A stretch of 64,000 bases of DNA from Felis catus (Eukaryota). Below the pieces are notes generated by a model. It saw only the letters and a list, made by a program, of their open reading frames with translations. It had not been told where the DNA came from and ran no database searches. The stretch is from contig NC_058368.1 in NCBI RefSeq assembly GCF_018350175.1, positions 175,214,001-175,278,000 of the forward strand. The letters run 5' to 3'. Below, piece by piece: positions 22,674 through 34,860 of the stretch. Numbering within the stretch: position 1 is the stretch's first letter; every line of letters begins with the position of its first letter. The translations under genes were made by a program, and so were the position numbers.

Positions 22674-22805
22674 CGGCTGGGGGCCACGGATGTCTCAAGA
22701 GGAGGCTGACACAATGGAACTCTGGAACAAAAGCGTCAAATCCGTAGATTGCTACAAGCGGGAAGTTCTGGTGAGACCAAAAGATTTGACAGAACATGCC
22801 ACCAG
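22674..22805 (+). other. Candidate exon B (132 bp) of an unknown transcript
   Basis: (TG)n-ttctccTAG acceptor; donor CAG|GTAACA at 22806. Confidence 0.28.
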
Positions 22806-23820
22806 GTAACACAAGCACTGCTGGCCTTCTTGAGCCTGAAATGGGAGTCTAGATAAATCTACGAAACAAGGACTCAGGTGGGTGGAGAAGGGTCGAAGAC
22901 AAAGACGTGGGTGACCCTAGGGCAGGAAACAGACCACAAGGCAGGGAAACCCCAGGTAAATCTGGGGGGTCTCTCTGAGAGTGGACAAGATCTATTCCTT
23001 GCTTTCCAGATGGGGCCCAGGAGGGTGGCTAGCTTGTTCAGTCACTTGTCCCTTAGGCACAGTAGAGTAGAAACAGTGACGTGTCACATCCAAATGAGGA
23101 AGGACAGAGGCCAGCATGCCGCATCTTCTGTGATCAGAAATTTTCCTATTCGCATAAGAGAAGGGCAGCCGATGGGGTAGGACCTGGAAAGAGCGAGTCA
23201 GGAGGGAGGGCACTACACGCAAGGGTGATACGGAGCGGTGGGCACTTGGACCTCACCAGCATGGCCATAGAGCAACCCAGGAACAGATGACCCACTTCCC
23301 ATGATGCCATGGCCCTACATAAGCCTCTGAGAACTCAGATGCAGTGGGGAGTTGAGGGGAGTAAGAAAGCCCCTGACTTGGTTAAAGAGACTCTAGATTG
23401 ATATCAACTTCCAGAATCAGCTGAAATTACCCGCAGTGGACTGGAGACAGACATTAAGGCCAGTTTTAGGGCAAATAGAACACCGTGCATCTCTGAGCTG
23501 GGGCCTGGGGTTGACAAACACTATGTGCCCTCTTGAGCAACAGTACATGAGTTGACTTCAACGTTTCTGTGAATGCTAGACTCCTAGCTCTCTCGGTAGA
23601 GACCATGCAGGGCAGCCACATGTTTTACAGTTCTGGACATTGTATGCACTGAGTTGGCCAGAATCCCAAAGCCAGTTGGAAGGAGAGATGGGTGTGTTTG
23701 GCCTGCAAGCTTTCCAACCCCTCCAAAAGCCATGAATCAAATCAGAAAAGCTAATCACACGTCTCAACACAGATGTCCACCCAAAAACATTTTACAGGGA
23801 TATTTTTAAACGTCTGTGGG

Positions 23821-23825
23821 GTGTG

Positions 23826-23868
<43 letters not shown>

Positions 23869-23896
23869 GGAGCAGGAGAGGGAGAGGGAGAGAGAG
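23821..23896. repeat. Compound (TG)n(AG)n microsatellite
   Basis: Direct reading. Confidence 0.93.
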
Positions 23897-24852
23897 TTTA
23901 TGTGGAAAACAAAAAGATGGAATGACAAAATCCTTCCGGAAACAGAGGGTCTTAAACTTCTTTAAATGGTGGAGTCCCTGCGGGTCATAGGCTCATCATA
24001 GAGCACTGTGAAGGAGGGACATCTGGACCAGGAAAGATATTACCGGCAGAAATATGACCAATAATTTCACGTGGCTTGTAAAGCCTAAATATAGTTAATT
24101 TGCAGGCTGTGAAATATAACGAATTATAAAAGGAATGGCCAAATTAAGCCCAAGTGGCTTTTCCTAAGTTTTCTCATTAATTTTGATTTGCTTTGTTTGC
24201 ATCCTGTATGTCACTTGTGTCCCATCTCGGTAAAAACGGGCTTGAAGGGTAAGCGAAAAATCTGTGGAGGAAGTGTCAGCCATTGTTTTCACTCATTAGG
24301 CAAAATGGAGGCGGGGGGTAGGGGAGGGAAAACTAGACTCTTTGATTTGGGAAGCAATTTGGTTTATTTTGGGAAACGTTCATTGAGCGCAAGCAATAAG
24401 CCAAGTACTACGGTTGGCACTGGGGGGGGGGGGGATCAAGGTGACCAAGAGTGGTCTCCATCCTGAGGAGCCTCAGGGCACGGTGGCCTCGCCACGCTCC
24501 ATCTGACAGAGCCTGGCCCGTCAGGGGAGCACCGTGGGTGGAAAATGACGTTAGCGAAAGAGAGAGAGCGGTTGCAGCGATGAGGCCAGAGTGAGTCATA
24601 GAGGGAGCATCATTGGAGAACCACGGCTCCAACAGCTGACACGGGAGGAGATCCCAGTATCTACATACACTAAATCCCAGGACACGGCAACGCCTGCAAG
24701 GTCCGGATGACCACCCCCACTTTGTTCAGAAGGTCTCAACTCCGGGGTGGAGGACAAAGAGAGCCATGCTATGTTGGCAAGCAAACCACCCTAAAGAGAG
24801 TCTCGTGAAAGCAAGTTATATAAGACATTAGTTCTCTTTATCACGCATTTTA

Positions 24853-25066
24853 ATTTTTTTTTTCAACGTTTATTTATTTTTGGGACAGAGAGAGACAGAG
24901 CATGAACGGGGGAGGGGCAGAGAGAGAGGGAGACACAGAATGGGAAACAGGCTCCAGGCTCTGAGCCATCAGCCCAGAGCCCGACGCGGGGCTCGAACTC
25001 CCGGACCGCGAGATCGTGACCTGGCTGAAGTCGGACGCTTAACCTACTGCGCCACCCAGGCGCCCC
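24853..25066 (-). mobile_element. CAN-SINE (young SINEC_Fc)
   Basis: Full length; perfect 18-bp flanking repeat tctttatcacgcatttta. Confidence 0.97.
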
Positions 25067-25409
25067 TCTTTATCACGCATTTTAGCAATCTATCTTTGCT
25101 TGCCCAGTCAAGAGTTATCGGTTGAACTCCCACCCGGGCTGGTGCCATGCAGAACTCGACAGACACGTGGCAGACAGAGGCAGGACCGTTCCTGACAGTG
25201 TGAACAGTGCATTCCCATGTCCTCGATGGGGGAATCTGGTTGCCCTCCCATTCATGCTCCCCGGAGCTCCCCTGCTCGGGTCTGACGTGGCTTTTAGGGG
25301 CAGTGAACTCCCAGGTGCTTGCGCTTTCAAAGAGTAGGTTTCAGTTTCCTGAAGGACCCACGCAGAGCCCAGTAATTGAAATCACGCCCAATCTGAGGGC
25401 AATACTTAG

Positions 25410-25730
25410 CTTATTTATTCAGACGTGAGTTATTGCCCTCAAGGAACTCACTGTCTACTAGAGAGACAAAGAATCGAAGAGTGTCAGCGACAAGGCAGGG
25501 TGGTATTTTCTGCAGGAGAAGGTTGGATTAATTTTGTCTGGTTGGAGATGTAAATGTGTCCTAAAGGAGGCTGTGCCTAAGCTGCGTTCTGAAGAGTGGG
25601 TGGGAGTTGGCCAGGCAACGAAACTATGTGGGAAGGGTGTTTCTGGCAAAAAGAACAGCATTTGCCAAGGCTCAGGGTCATGAGACATTAAGGTGATCTA
25701 AGCTGGCAAGGGGTGGTCAAGGGAGCATAA
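25410..25730 (-). mobile_element. L2 fragment
   Basis: gggaagggtgtttctggcaaaaagaacagcatttgccaaggctcag motif. Confidence 0.55.
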
Positions 25731-26196
25731 GAGTCCTATCTTACTCTCCCACCCCATAGATCCAGTGCCAAGCAAAGTAAGGAGTGGCTGGGATGACCCT
25801 TCGTAGAAACCTTCCAGAGCCAGTGAAAACCCAGTTGACTCAGTGCTTCCATATCCAAGCCCTGGGCTTTCATTCAATTAAATGCATAAACGTTCACTTA
25901 GCATGCCTTCTGCGCTTGGTCCTAGAGGCACACAGACTAGATGGGACACAAAGACATGATCCCCGTTGTTGGGTTCCTCCCAGTTTAAGAAAAAGACAAA
26001 GAAAAAAAATGGGTCCGTGAAAGGGGGGGCATGAGAAGCAGGGCCGAGGCCAAAACCAGTAGTGCTCACAGATGTTCTAGATAATAAGAATTGTACCCAA
26101 GTGCAGATACAACCCACAGCTGTACTTTCTTTGGACCACCATGTTTTCCCTTGGTAAAAATGTAATTGCTGATATTTTTATAAAAAGCGAGCTGTC

Positions 26197-26425
26197 GGGG
26201 CGCCTGGGTGGCTCAGTCGGTTGAGCGTCCGACTTCAGCTCAGGTCATGATCTCGCGGTCCGGGAGTTCGAGCCCCGCGTCGGGCTCTGTCCTGACAGCT
26301 CGCGGAGCCTGGAGCCTGCTGCGGATTCTGCGTCTCCCTCTCTCTCTCTGCTCCTCCCCTGCTCACGTTCTGTCTCGCTCTCAAAAATAAATGAAGATTA
26401 AAAATAAAAAAGTTTCAAAAAAAAA
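26197..26425 (+). mobile_element. CAN-SINE (SINEC_Fc)
   Basis: Full length; TSD aaaaag(c/t)gagctgtc. Confidence 0.96.
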
Positions 26426-26781
26426 GTGAGCTGTCAAAGGAAAATGCAGATTTCGGATCTCTCTTGAGAAATCCAAAAGTTCTAGCCATAGGGACCCGCA
26501 TGTCAACACGGCCACCTATTTGCCCACGGCCACATAGCAGGGGCTCCATTTGGATGGGGCGTGTCCTCACCAGTACATCACCTGGCTTTCTTCATTCAGT
26601 CTCATCAGCCGTGTGGCCTCTGAAGCCACCTGACTTAGAGACCCAATACATACAAACCCCCGCCCAGTGTTTGACATATAATAGATCTTCCAACAGTGGA
26701 GACCGGTGTGATAAGAGCAACAGAAATTATAATTAGTCCCCGGGTTGCTTCACTGAGCAACTCATAGGTTAGTCTGCAATT

Positions 26782-26994
26782 CTTTTTTTTAACGTTTTAT
26801 TTATTTTTGAGACAGAGAGAGACAGAGCATGAACGGGGGAGGGGCAGAGAGAGAGGGAGACACAGAACCGGAAGCAGGCTCCAGGCTCTGAGCCGTCAGC
26901 CCAGAGCCCGACGCGGGGCTCGAACTCGCAGACCGCGAGATCGTGACCTGAGCCGAAGTCGGGCGCTTAACCGACTGAGCCACCCAGGCGCCCC
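26782..26994 (-). mobile_element. CAN-SINE (SINEC_Fc)
   Basis: Full length; TSD tctgcaattctt. Confidence 0.96.
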
Positions 26995-27159
26995 AATCTG
27001 CAATTCTTCTAGATACCCTCTCGGGCTTCTGAGAATCTGATGAGCCCTAAGGCTCTCATTCAAGCATCACAGACACAAGTGAAAGATCCAAGAAGACCCC
27101 GGCCTGCAGTGACGGAGGCCATCAAGGACCAAGCTGCCACCAAGGGAGGGAACACTGGG

Positions 27160-27430
27160 ACAGCTTCATTATGGGAACAACAAGCATTTGTTCCACGAAG
27201 GAACAGCTGCAGGATAAACAACAAGGCAGCAGCAAAGACCCGCGCTCCACTTTGCAGCGGGCAGCGCACGACTGCAGCCTGGCTGGCATCTAATTGGCAG
27301 CAAATGAACACGTTTCTAATTGAGCCAAATATGGCTCCTTGCTTGGGTCCCATCTAGCCAGACACCTGTTTTGCTCCATCTTCTCCTGCGAAATCAGTGT
27401 CCCTAGGGAGCAGCTCAGCAATTATGACTT
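27160..27430. promoter_or_regulatory. Candidate enhancer with CArG box
   Basis: CCAAATATGG 27325-27334, CTAATTG at 27290 and 27316, CAGCTG 27204, CACCTG 27363. Confidence 0.35.
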
Positions 27431-27657
27431 TGTGCCTCCACTGGGGACTCTTGTTCCTCTTTACCCCAATTTTCTCCCTCCATCTGGGTATACGTCCGTT
27501 CTACCAAGCACGTCCCACGGCTGTCTTATCACTGTTTTATGAGCGTCAACGCTGGGTAGGGCTGTGTTCCCCTGGGTATTCTGTGGGCGGTGTGTAGAAT
27601 GAGGTTAGAGGGTATGTGGATGAACATTTTCAGACTTGAACTAACATTGATGAGGGT

Positions 27658-27994
27658 TGTAGACTGAATTGTGTTCCCCCCAAATTTGTACGTCGAAGCT
27701 CCCAACTTCACAGTGACTGCATTTGGAGACAGGGTAGTCCTAATCCAATCGGACTGACGTCCTTATAAGAAGAAGAGACACCGGGATTGTGTATGCACAG
27801 TGGATAGGCCATGTGGGGACGCAGCAAGAAGGTGTCCCTCTGCAAGCCAGGGAAAGAGGCTCCACCAGAAATACACATTGCCATTACCTTGAACATGGAC
27901 TTCTAGCCTCTAAAACTATAAGCAAATGCATTGCTGTGATTTAAGCCGTCCCGTCTATGGTATTTCGTTATGGAGGCTCTCGTAAACTAATACA
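27658..27994 (+). mobile_element. MaLR (MLT1A/B-like) solo LTR
   Basis: gactgaattgtgttccccc...ccttataagaagaagagacac...aaactaataca. Confidence 0.82.
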
Positions 27995-28454
27995 ATGTGT
28001 ACTCGAAAAAATAGATAATTGGCATATCAAAACACACTATCACAAATGATATGGCTCAGAGTGATGCTTACATTTTTGAGTTGAGGAAAAATGTCAAAGA
28101 ATTTGGAGGTATAAGGAATGGCAAAACATTGTAAAGACGTTCATCCAACGAATGGAAGGTTAGGTGACACTGGTCGAGTGGAGACGTAGTTTTGGAATAA
28201 GACAGCCCTGAGCTTGACTCTAATCTGCGTGCGTTATCTGTGTGACTCTTATCCTCTCTGAAGTCAGGTCCCCATTGGTCAAAAACAGGCAGTAGAAGTT
28301 TGTGTTTTAATTTTCTTTTGATGTGTCTGTCAGTTCCACGAGCTGTGAGCATTTCAAGTGCCATGCCCTGTACCGTGTCATGTCCATGTTCTTGGGACCC
28401 AACCCAGGACCCGACTCTAGCAGGATGGCAAGAAGGGGCGAAAAGGACATGGGT

Positions 28455-28650
28455 TCTGCCACTTAACAGCTGTGTGCCCTTGGGAAAATTACTCAGTCTT
28501 TCTGAAACTCAGACTCCTCATCTTTAAAATGGAAACGATAATAACATCTACCATGGGGTCTTGTTTTGGGAATCAAGTGAAGCCATCCCTGTAAAGTACG
28601 TAGCACAGTGCCTGGCATATCTTGAAATGTGTACCGTATCATCAGTTCTT
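28455..28650 (+). mobile_element. MIR
   Basis: cagctgtgtgcccttggg...ctcctcatctttaaaatgg...gcacagtgcctggcatat. Confidence 0.7.
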
Positions 28651-28664
28651 AGTAAATCCTCCTT

Positions 28665-29005
28665 GCATGAAAGAGTGAATGAATGTTTAGTCAAATGAAT
28701 CGTTGAGTGGTTGGTGGATAAGTAGGTGGGTGGGTGGGCTGGTCGAGAGATGGTTAGATGCAAGGGTGGATTTTCCAATCAATAAGTGTAGGTATGTATT
28801 TATAAATGAATGAGTTGATTGATAGGTGGTGGATGGATGGATGGATGGATGGATGGACGGTTGGAGTTTTCAATCAATGAATGTACATACGTATTTATGA
28901 GTGAATAAACCAACTGACGGATGAATAGCTTAGATGGATGGGTAAACTTTTTGAATGAGGAATGGTTATGCAGGATGAGTGGGTGGGTGGATAGATGGAT
29001 AGACT
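28665..29005. repeat. (GGAT)n / (TGAA)n low-complexity region
   Basis: Perfect GGAT core 28831-28857 within degenerate TGGA/TGAA repeats. Confidence 0.85.
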
Positions 29006-29677
29006 GTGACCGATCCATTGAAACATCATCTGTTTCTTTGCATGGCTGAGGGCTCCGGCCTCCAACGTAATGGCCAGAACATTAAGGATAGACAGTGAAG
29101 GGGGCCCTGGGAACCAGAGTTTTACGTAACTGTTAAGAGGCAGTTTGAGACTTCCCCTTTGGAAGTAGAAAGCCTGTTTATGGGATCACTGACCGTCTTC
29201 TTGTTAAAGACACAGAAGTGAGAGGGTTGTTTTGCATCGGGAGCTTTGGCATTTTTCAGCCTTCCCAGACATTTCACTTCCCTCTCTCGGAAACACATTT
29301 GCTTCTAATCTGATAAGCAAAAACTCCTCGAGCAGCAATCAGACCCGGCCCCCAGGTCCAGTGTTATTTGAAGACAGGCCTTGGGTAATCTATCATACCT
29401 GTTTAATTACCAAGCGCTACCCCAGAGATAATGAGCCTTTCTGTGGAGTCTGGGCAGGTTTTGAGTCGACTGGCCAACTGCCGCGAGGGTATCTGCCCCA
29501 GGGATTTCATCAGAGCTCCAGTTTATTCCAACGATGCTCTCGGAGCCTCCAGAAACACCCGGTTCTCAGGCGGTCAGATGCTTGCGGCTTCCTCCAGACA
29601 GTCTAGCAGGAGAGTCAGAGCATCCAGTGGAGACAGTGCTGCAGATCAACTCTCATGAGCTCATAAAGCTAAACAGA

Positions 29678-29903
29678 GGGGCGCCTGGGTGGCGCAGTCG
29701 GTTAAGCCTCCGACTTCAGCCAGGTCACGATCTCGCGGTCCGGGAGTTCAAGCCCCGCGTCGGGCTCTGGGCTGATGGCTCAGAGCCTGGAGCCTGTTTC
29801 CGATTCTGTGTCTCCCTCTCTCTCTGCCCCTCGCCCGTTCATGCTCTGTCTCTCTCTGTCCCCCAAAAAAATAAATAAACGTTGAAAAAAAAATTAAAAA
29901 AAA
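29678..29903 (+). mobile_element. CAN-SINE (young SINEC_Fc)
   Basis: Full length; TSD aaagctaaacaga. Confidence 0.96.
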
Positions 29904-31195
29904 AAAGCTAAACAGAAAAAACGTGGTCCGTTACCCACACTATTCTCTGTCTCCTCTCCTTCCGTTTTTTTCTTTTTCATTACCCTGCCCCCCCATTTCA
30001 GTGCTAACCCATAGTCACAACTCAAGAATGCCACAGAGGCATTACGGTGCTCCAAATACGGCTTCTACCCACACCCACACAGTGGAGGCCTGAGGCTTCC
30101 TATGGAGACGCCCCCACTTCGCAGTCCTCTCTGGTCTTCCCTCCAGCAGAGGGGACAACACCCTCCACCCAGGGACTGGACTAGGAAGCAGGCTAACCAG
30201 GCTTCCAGCTCTTGGGGCCCTGGGCTGACTACTGAATCCCGCTGAATCTCTGTTTCCTCGCCTCTAAAAGGGGACTGATAAACCCTTTCTGATAAGCTGT
30301 TTTTAAAAGACGACATTAGATATACCTTGTGCGCCTCTTCGCTCATACTAAAAACTTTTAAAAATACTTAGCTACAGTCAGTCGATATTTCTTTAGACAT
30401 CAACCACATCTAGAGAGCTGTGCAGATGCGAGAGATGTAAATGGTGAGCAAAACCGACACGGGTTTTTTTTTTTGTTTATCGTCACAGCAGTGTTAGCAA
30501 AAGGGAATGATTGCTGGTATGATATTACTGATTCTCGCGCAGAGCGATGGGTTTGGGGCTGGAGAGTGTGGACAGTGTGATGTAAGTCCGCCTTCGTGTG
30601 ACCCGGCCGTCATTGCCTGCCTCATCCGACCTTGGTATTTTCAATCGTAGAAGCTAAACGCTACGTTTCCCAACTGATCTTGCTGCGAGGGGCTACGTGT
30701 GACTGATCTCTGGCCAGAGAGACCTAAGTATGAATCTGCCGGTTGGTTCTAGAGAAAGTTGCTGTTTTCGACATAAAAGTGGCACTCATAGCAGGCTTTC
30801 CACTCTCTTCCTTCTCTGAGTCTGGACGGGATACCTGGACAAGTGGCTAGTATGTTACTACAGAGTGACCATCAACAAGCTACGAGGAAAAATGGAATGA
30901 CAGAGAAGTTTGGTCTTTCCAGGTGCTGTCAGGGCGCTCCCCCAAGCCGGCACTACCCACCTTCAGACTTTCTGTTTGAAAAAATCAGCCCCATAGGGGC
31001 TTAAGCTCTTGCCAGTCAGGCGTTCCATTGCTTGCATCCCATGGCTTCCTTAACTCATACATCCTCTGATGCCAACGCTAGGTGATGCTTTGAAGACGCC
31101 ATGGGACAATAGCAGCCGAGACTGGCCAAATAAAAGCAGCCTCGAGCCAGATGGAAGCCACACCCTGGACAGAATTAATCAAGAGGCTTTGGGCT

Positions 31196-31405
31196 GGGGC
31201 ACCTGGGTGGCTCAGTTGGTCAAGCGCCCGACTCTTGGTTTTGGCTCAGGTCATGATCTCGTGGTTCATGAGTTCGAGCCCCGCATCAGGCTCAGCGCTC
31301 ACAGCACGGAGCCTGCTTTGGGATTCTCTCTCTCCCTCTCTCCCTGCCCCTGCCCCACTCACACACTTGCTCTCTCTCAAAATAAATAAACTTTAAAAAA
31401 AAAAA
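31196..31405 (+). mobile_element. CAN-SINE, older
   Basis: Full length; TSD aggct(t/c)tgggc. Confidence 0.93.
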
Positions 31406-31595
31406 AGGCTCTGGGCCTAATCTCACATTTCTATCTCCTAATGAACGTACACCTTATACTCACATTTGGCTCCTTCTTTGCTTACTATTCAAGACTACAA
31501 GGGAACTTGGTTTAAGTTACTGATTAGTCAGGGTCCCGACAGGCTACAGACCGCAAACCCAAGGGTTTAGCTGAGGGGATCTAATGGAAAGGCTC

Positions 31596-31808
31596 TTTTT
31601 TTTTTTTTTTACATTTACTTATTAAGAGACAGAGTGAGACAGAGCACAAGCAGGGGAGGGGCAGAGAGAGAGAGGGAGACACAGAATCCGAGTCAGGCTC
31701 CAGGCTCCGAGCTGTCAGCACACAGCCCGACTTGAGGCTCGAACTCACAAACCTCGAGATCATGACCTGAGCTGAAGTCAGACGCTCAACCGACTGAGCC
31801 ACCCAAGC
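31596..31808 (-). mobile_element. CAN-SINE
   Basis: Reverse copy with poly-T tail and degenerate head. Confidence 0.92.
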
Positions 31809-32205
31809 TCGTTATGGAGGTGTGGGCAGGGTTAACCGAACCCACAGGGGCTGATCCCACTCCTCTGAACTATAACCTTCTTAGGCCCAAGGAGCAAGGA
31901 AAGGGAACAGGGTATGCAGGGCCTGGAGGCAGCTGTGGCAGTAAAGAGAGGCCATCTAATAGGAGCCATGGCCGTAGAAACAACCAAAAAGCAGTGAAGC
32001 AGGAAGGAAGTGAGGGAGGACAGAATGCCCAACCCCTCTTTCCTTTGAGCAGACCATCCCATTGGCTGAGCCCCAGAAAGCCGGAAGGGAGCCAGATACT
32101 GCGCGGGCTCAACAGGGAGGGGGACAAGCAGAGAATGGCTAGCGCGATGGCCCTTGATATTTTCGTCTTACTGTGCCTCGCAGTCACGCAACACCAAGAA
32201 CACTT

Positions 32206-32417
32206 TTTTTTTTTCAACGTTTATTTATTTTTGGGACAGAGAGAGACAGAGCATGAAGGGGGAGGGGCAGAGAGAGAGGGAGACACAGAATCGGAAACAG
32301 GCTCCAGGCTCTGAGCCATCAGCCCAGAGCCTGACGCGGGGCTCGAACTCCCGGACCACGAGATCGTGACCTGGCTGAAGTCGGACGCCTAAACCGACTG
32401 CGCCACCCAGGCGCCCC
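32206..32417 (-). mobile_element. CAN-SINE (young SINEC_Fc)
   Basis: Full length; TSD accaagaacactt. Confidence 0.96.
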
Positions 32418-33614
32418 ACCAAGAACACTTCTAACGCTAACAATGCAAATATAAGAATCAGCACTTCCTATGCGCCAGGCTAAAAATGAAAATGGTGACA
32501 TTTCTTATCCCACGGGGGCCTCTTCGCAGTCAATAAGAAACTTACAGGGTGTACGGACAATCAGGTCTCTTTGGTGCCCAGCTCTGCCCTGCCACCACTC
32601 ATGGTAGTCCCCTCAGAAAGAATGTCAGGTAAGAGGGAAGGCAGTTCCCAGGCACCTTTGTCTAACAGACAGCCTCAGGCATTGTCATTAAGCTTTTGGT
32701 AGATATGCCCAATCACGCTGGTGCAAACTTCTTATGCCAGCAGAATACTTTGGGTGTTCAAGACACTACTGATTTCAGATCTTGCCAAGTGCCTGAATTC
32801 CACAGAAGTGTTGACATTTGGGCCACCAAGAATGACTGCTGTGCCCGCATTCACCATGTCTCACCCCTGAATGCCTTCCTTGTTCATGAGCACGGCAGTC
32901 CTGAGAAGCTCCCACAAGCAGCCAAGCCCAGGGAGCCAGCCCCTCTAGGATTTTCAGGGCGGTTAGTGGTGGTTTTGCTTACTTACTTTTTAAACAAGGG
33001 AACGTAGGACTTCCTTTTACCTGACTTTAAAGAGCTATTTTCTGTTCCTTAAATAACCTGCGTGTGCTAATTAGTAACTCAGAAAGAACATGAAATCATG
33101 TGAGGTTAGGCAGAGTGAATTATTCATGGCTGTGTTTTCTGCTGTCACCTTCCAATGGTGTCTCCATTTGGGTGGGTGGGTGGGGGGGGGGAACTTAGTC
33201 ATGAGAGAGTGAAAAATGGTCCCCTCGTCTCCTTCCCACAATATAAGCCCATTGACTATAGCGGTTGAACTATGCTATGGCAGGGCAGCAAAATAATGAT
33301 TATGATAATTACAGTCATCATCATAGCCAATGGGGCTTGGCTTTGTTTTGTTTCAGTTAGGAGAAAGGAAAACAAGGTGCAGAATCCTTTCATTTGGATC
33401 CCTCTCTTTCAGGGCCCCCAGCCCAGCTGGGTTGGGAGCTGCTCCTGATACTTATCCCACAGCCTTGTAATTTCCCCGGTGCCCCCACCACAGCACCCCG
33501 AGCCTCCTCGTGGCAGGATACTATCTCATCCATCCTTCTATCCCTCAGGGCTCATAAAGGCCTGAAAACTAGATAAGGAATAAAAGTGATACGAGAAATT
33601 GAAGATCAGCTTAA

Positions 33615-34010
33615 TGATTTATTCATTTATTAAATAGCTATCAACCCTACCGTATGCCAGCTACTCCTCTAAGCGCTTGAAATACATCAGGGAACAAGAC
33701 AGACAAAAATCTCTGCCTTCTTGAAACTCATATTCTAGTAAAAGCAAACAGAAAATAAGCATAATGAAAAAGGAGAATGTAGAGTATGTCAGAAAGTGAT
33801 AAATACTATGGGGAAAAAAAGAAGAAAACAACTCTACAGTTCAGGAGAGAAGGGCTGGGGCGTGATAGAGGGGAGATTACAATTGAAATATGGTGGCCTG
33901 TTGGACCTCACCAACCAGTGATGTTTGAACAATGACTTGAAGGAGGGGAGGGGTTTGGGAAGGTGAATGGGTTCCATGTGAAGGCCCTGTGGGTTGGGTG
34001 TGTACCTAGT
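33615..34010 (-). mobile_element. L2 3' end
   Basis: ttattcatttattaaatagc...gggaacaagacagacaaaaatctctgcc motif. Confidence 0.65.
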
Positions 34011-34049
34011 GGGTGTGATGAATTATTCAACGATAAAAATGGGTGCTTC

Positions 34050-34860
34050 ACTAGGTTGTGAGTCCCTTTTCATGGAACTACTCAAGCCGAGGATAGAGGG
34101 CCATCCCTTATGAATGCTGCAGAGAGGTTGCTCACAGCAGACAGGAGGCTGAATGAGCCCACAGCTAATTTTTTTTTTAATTTTTTTTTCAACATTTATT
34201 TATTTTTGGGACAGAGAGAGACAGAGCATGAACGGGGGAGGGGCAGAGAGAGAGGGAGACACAGAATCGGAAACAGGCTCCAGGCTCTGAGCCATCAGCC
34301 CAGAGCCCGACGTGGGGCTCGAACCCACGGACCGCGAGATCGTGACCTGGCTGAAGTCGGACGCTTAACCGACTGCGCCACCCAGGCACCCCAACCCACA
34401 GCTAGTATTATACTCAATGGTAAAAAATGAAAAATGTTTTTCCTCAAAGATCAGGAACATGGCAAGGATTCCCATTCTCACTATTCTATTCATCATACTA
34501 CTGGACATGGTCCTAGCCAGAGCAATTAGGCAAGAAAAAGAAATGAAACACCAAATTGGAAAGGGAGAAGTAAAATGATCCCTCTTCACACAGATGTGAT
34601 CTTACATGTACAAAATCCTAAAGATTCCCCACCCCAAACCAGCCAAAACCTGTTAGAACTAACAAGTGAATTCAGCAGAGTTGCAAGATGTCGTCAACAC
34701 ACCAAAATCAGTTGTGTTTCTGTACACACACAATGACAGACGTGGAAGGAAGTCAGGAAAATAATCACACTCACAATAGCATCAAAAAGAATAAAATCCT
34801 TGTGAATAAACTTAACCAAGGAAGCGAAAGACTTGTTACACTTAACACTACAAAACAGAG
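34050..34860 (+). mobile_element. L1 ORF2 (reverse-transcriptase region) relic
   Basis: cccacagcta...atactcaatggtaaaaaa...aagatcaggaaca...gtcctagccagagcaattaggcaagaaaaagaaat; frameshifted and SINE-interrupted. Confidence 0.85.
34168..34392 (-). mobile_element. CAN-SINE (young SINEC_Fc)
   Basis: Full length inside L1; TSD cccacagcta(a/g)t. Confidence 0.96.

Noticed and set aside
34050..34860. Reverse-transcriptase-like sequence as a novel or active RT system
   Set aside because: It is an ordinary decayed L1 ORF2 fragment with frameshifts and a SINE insertion.
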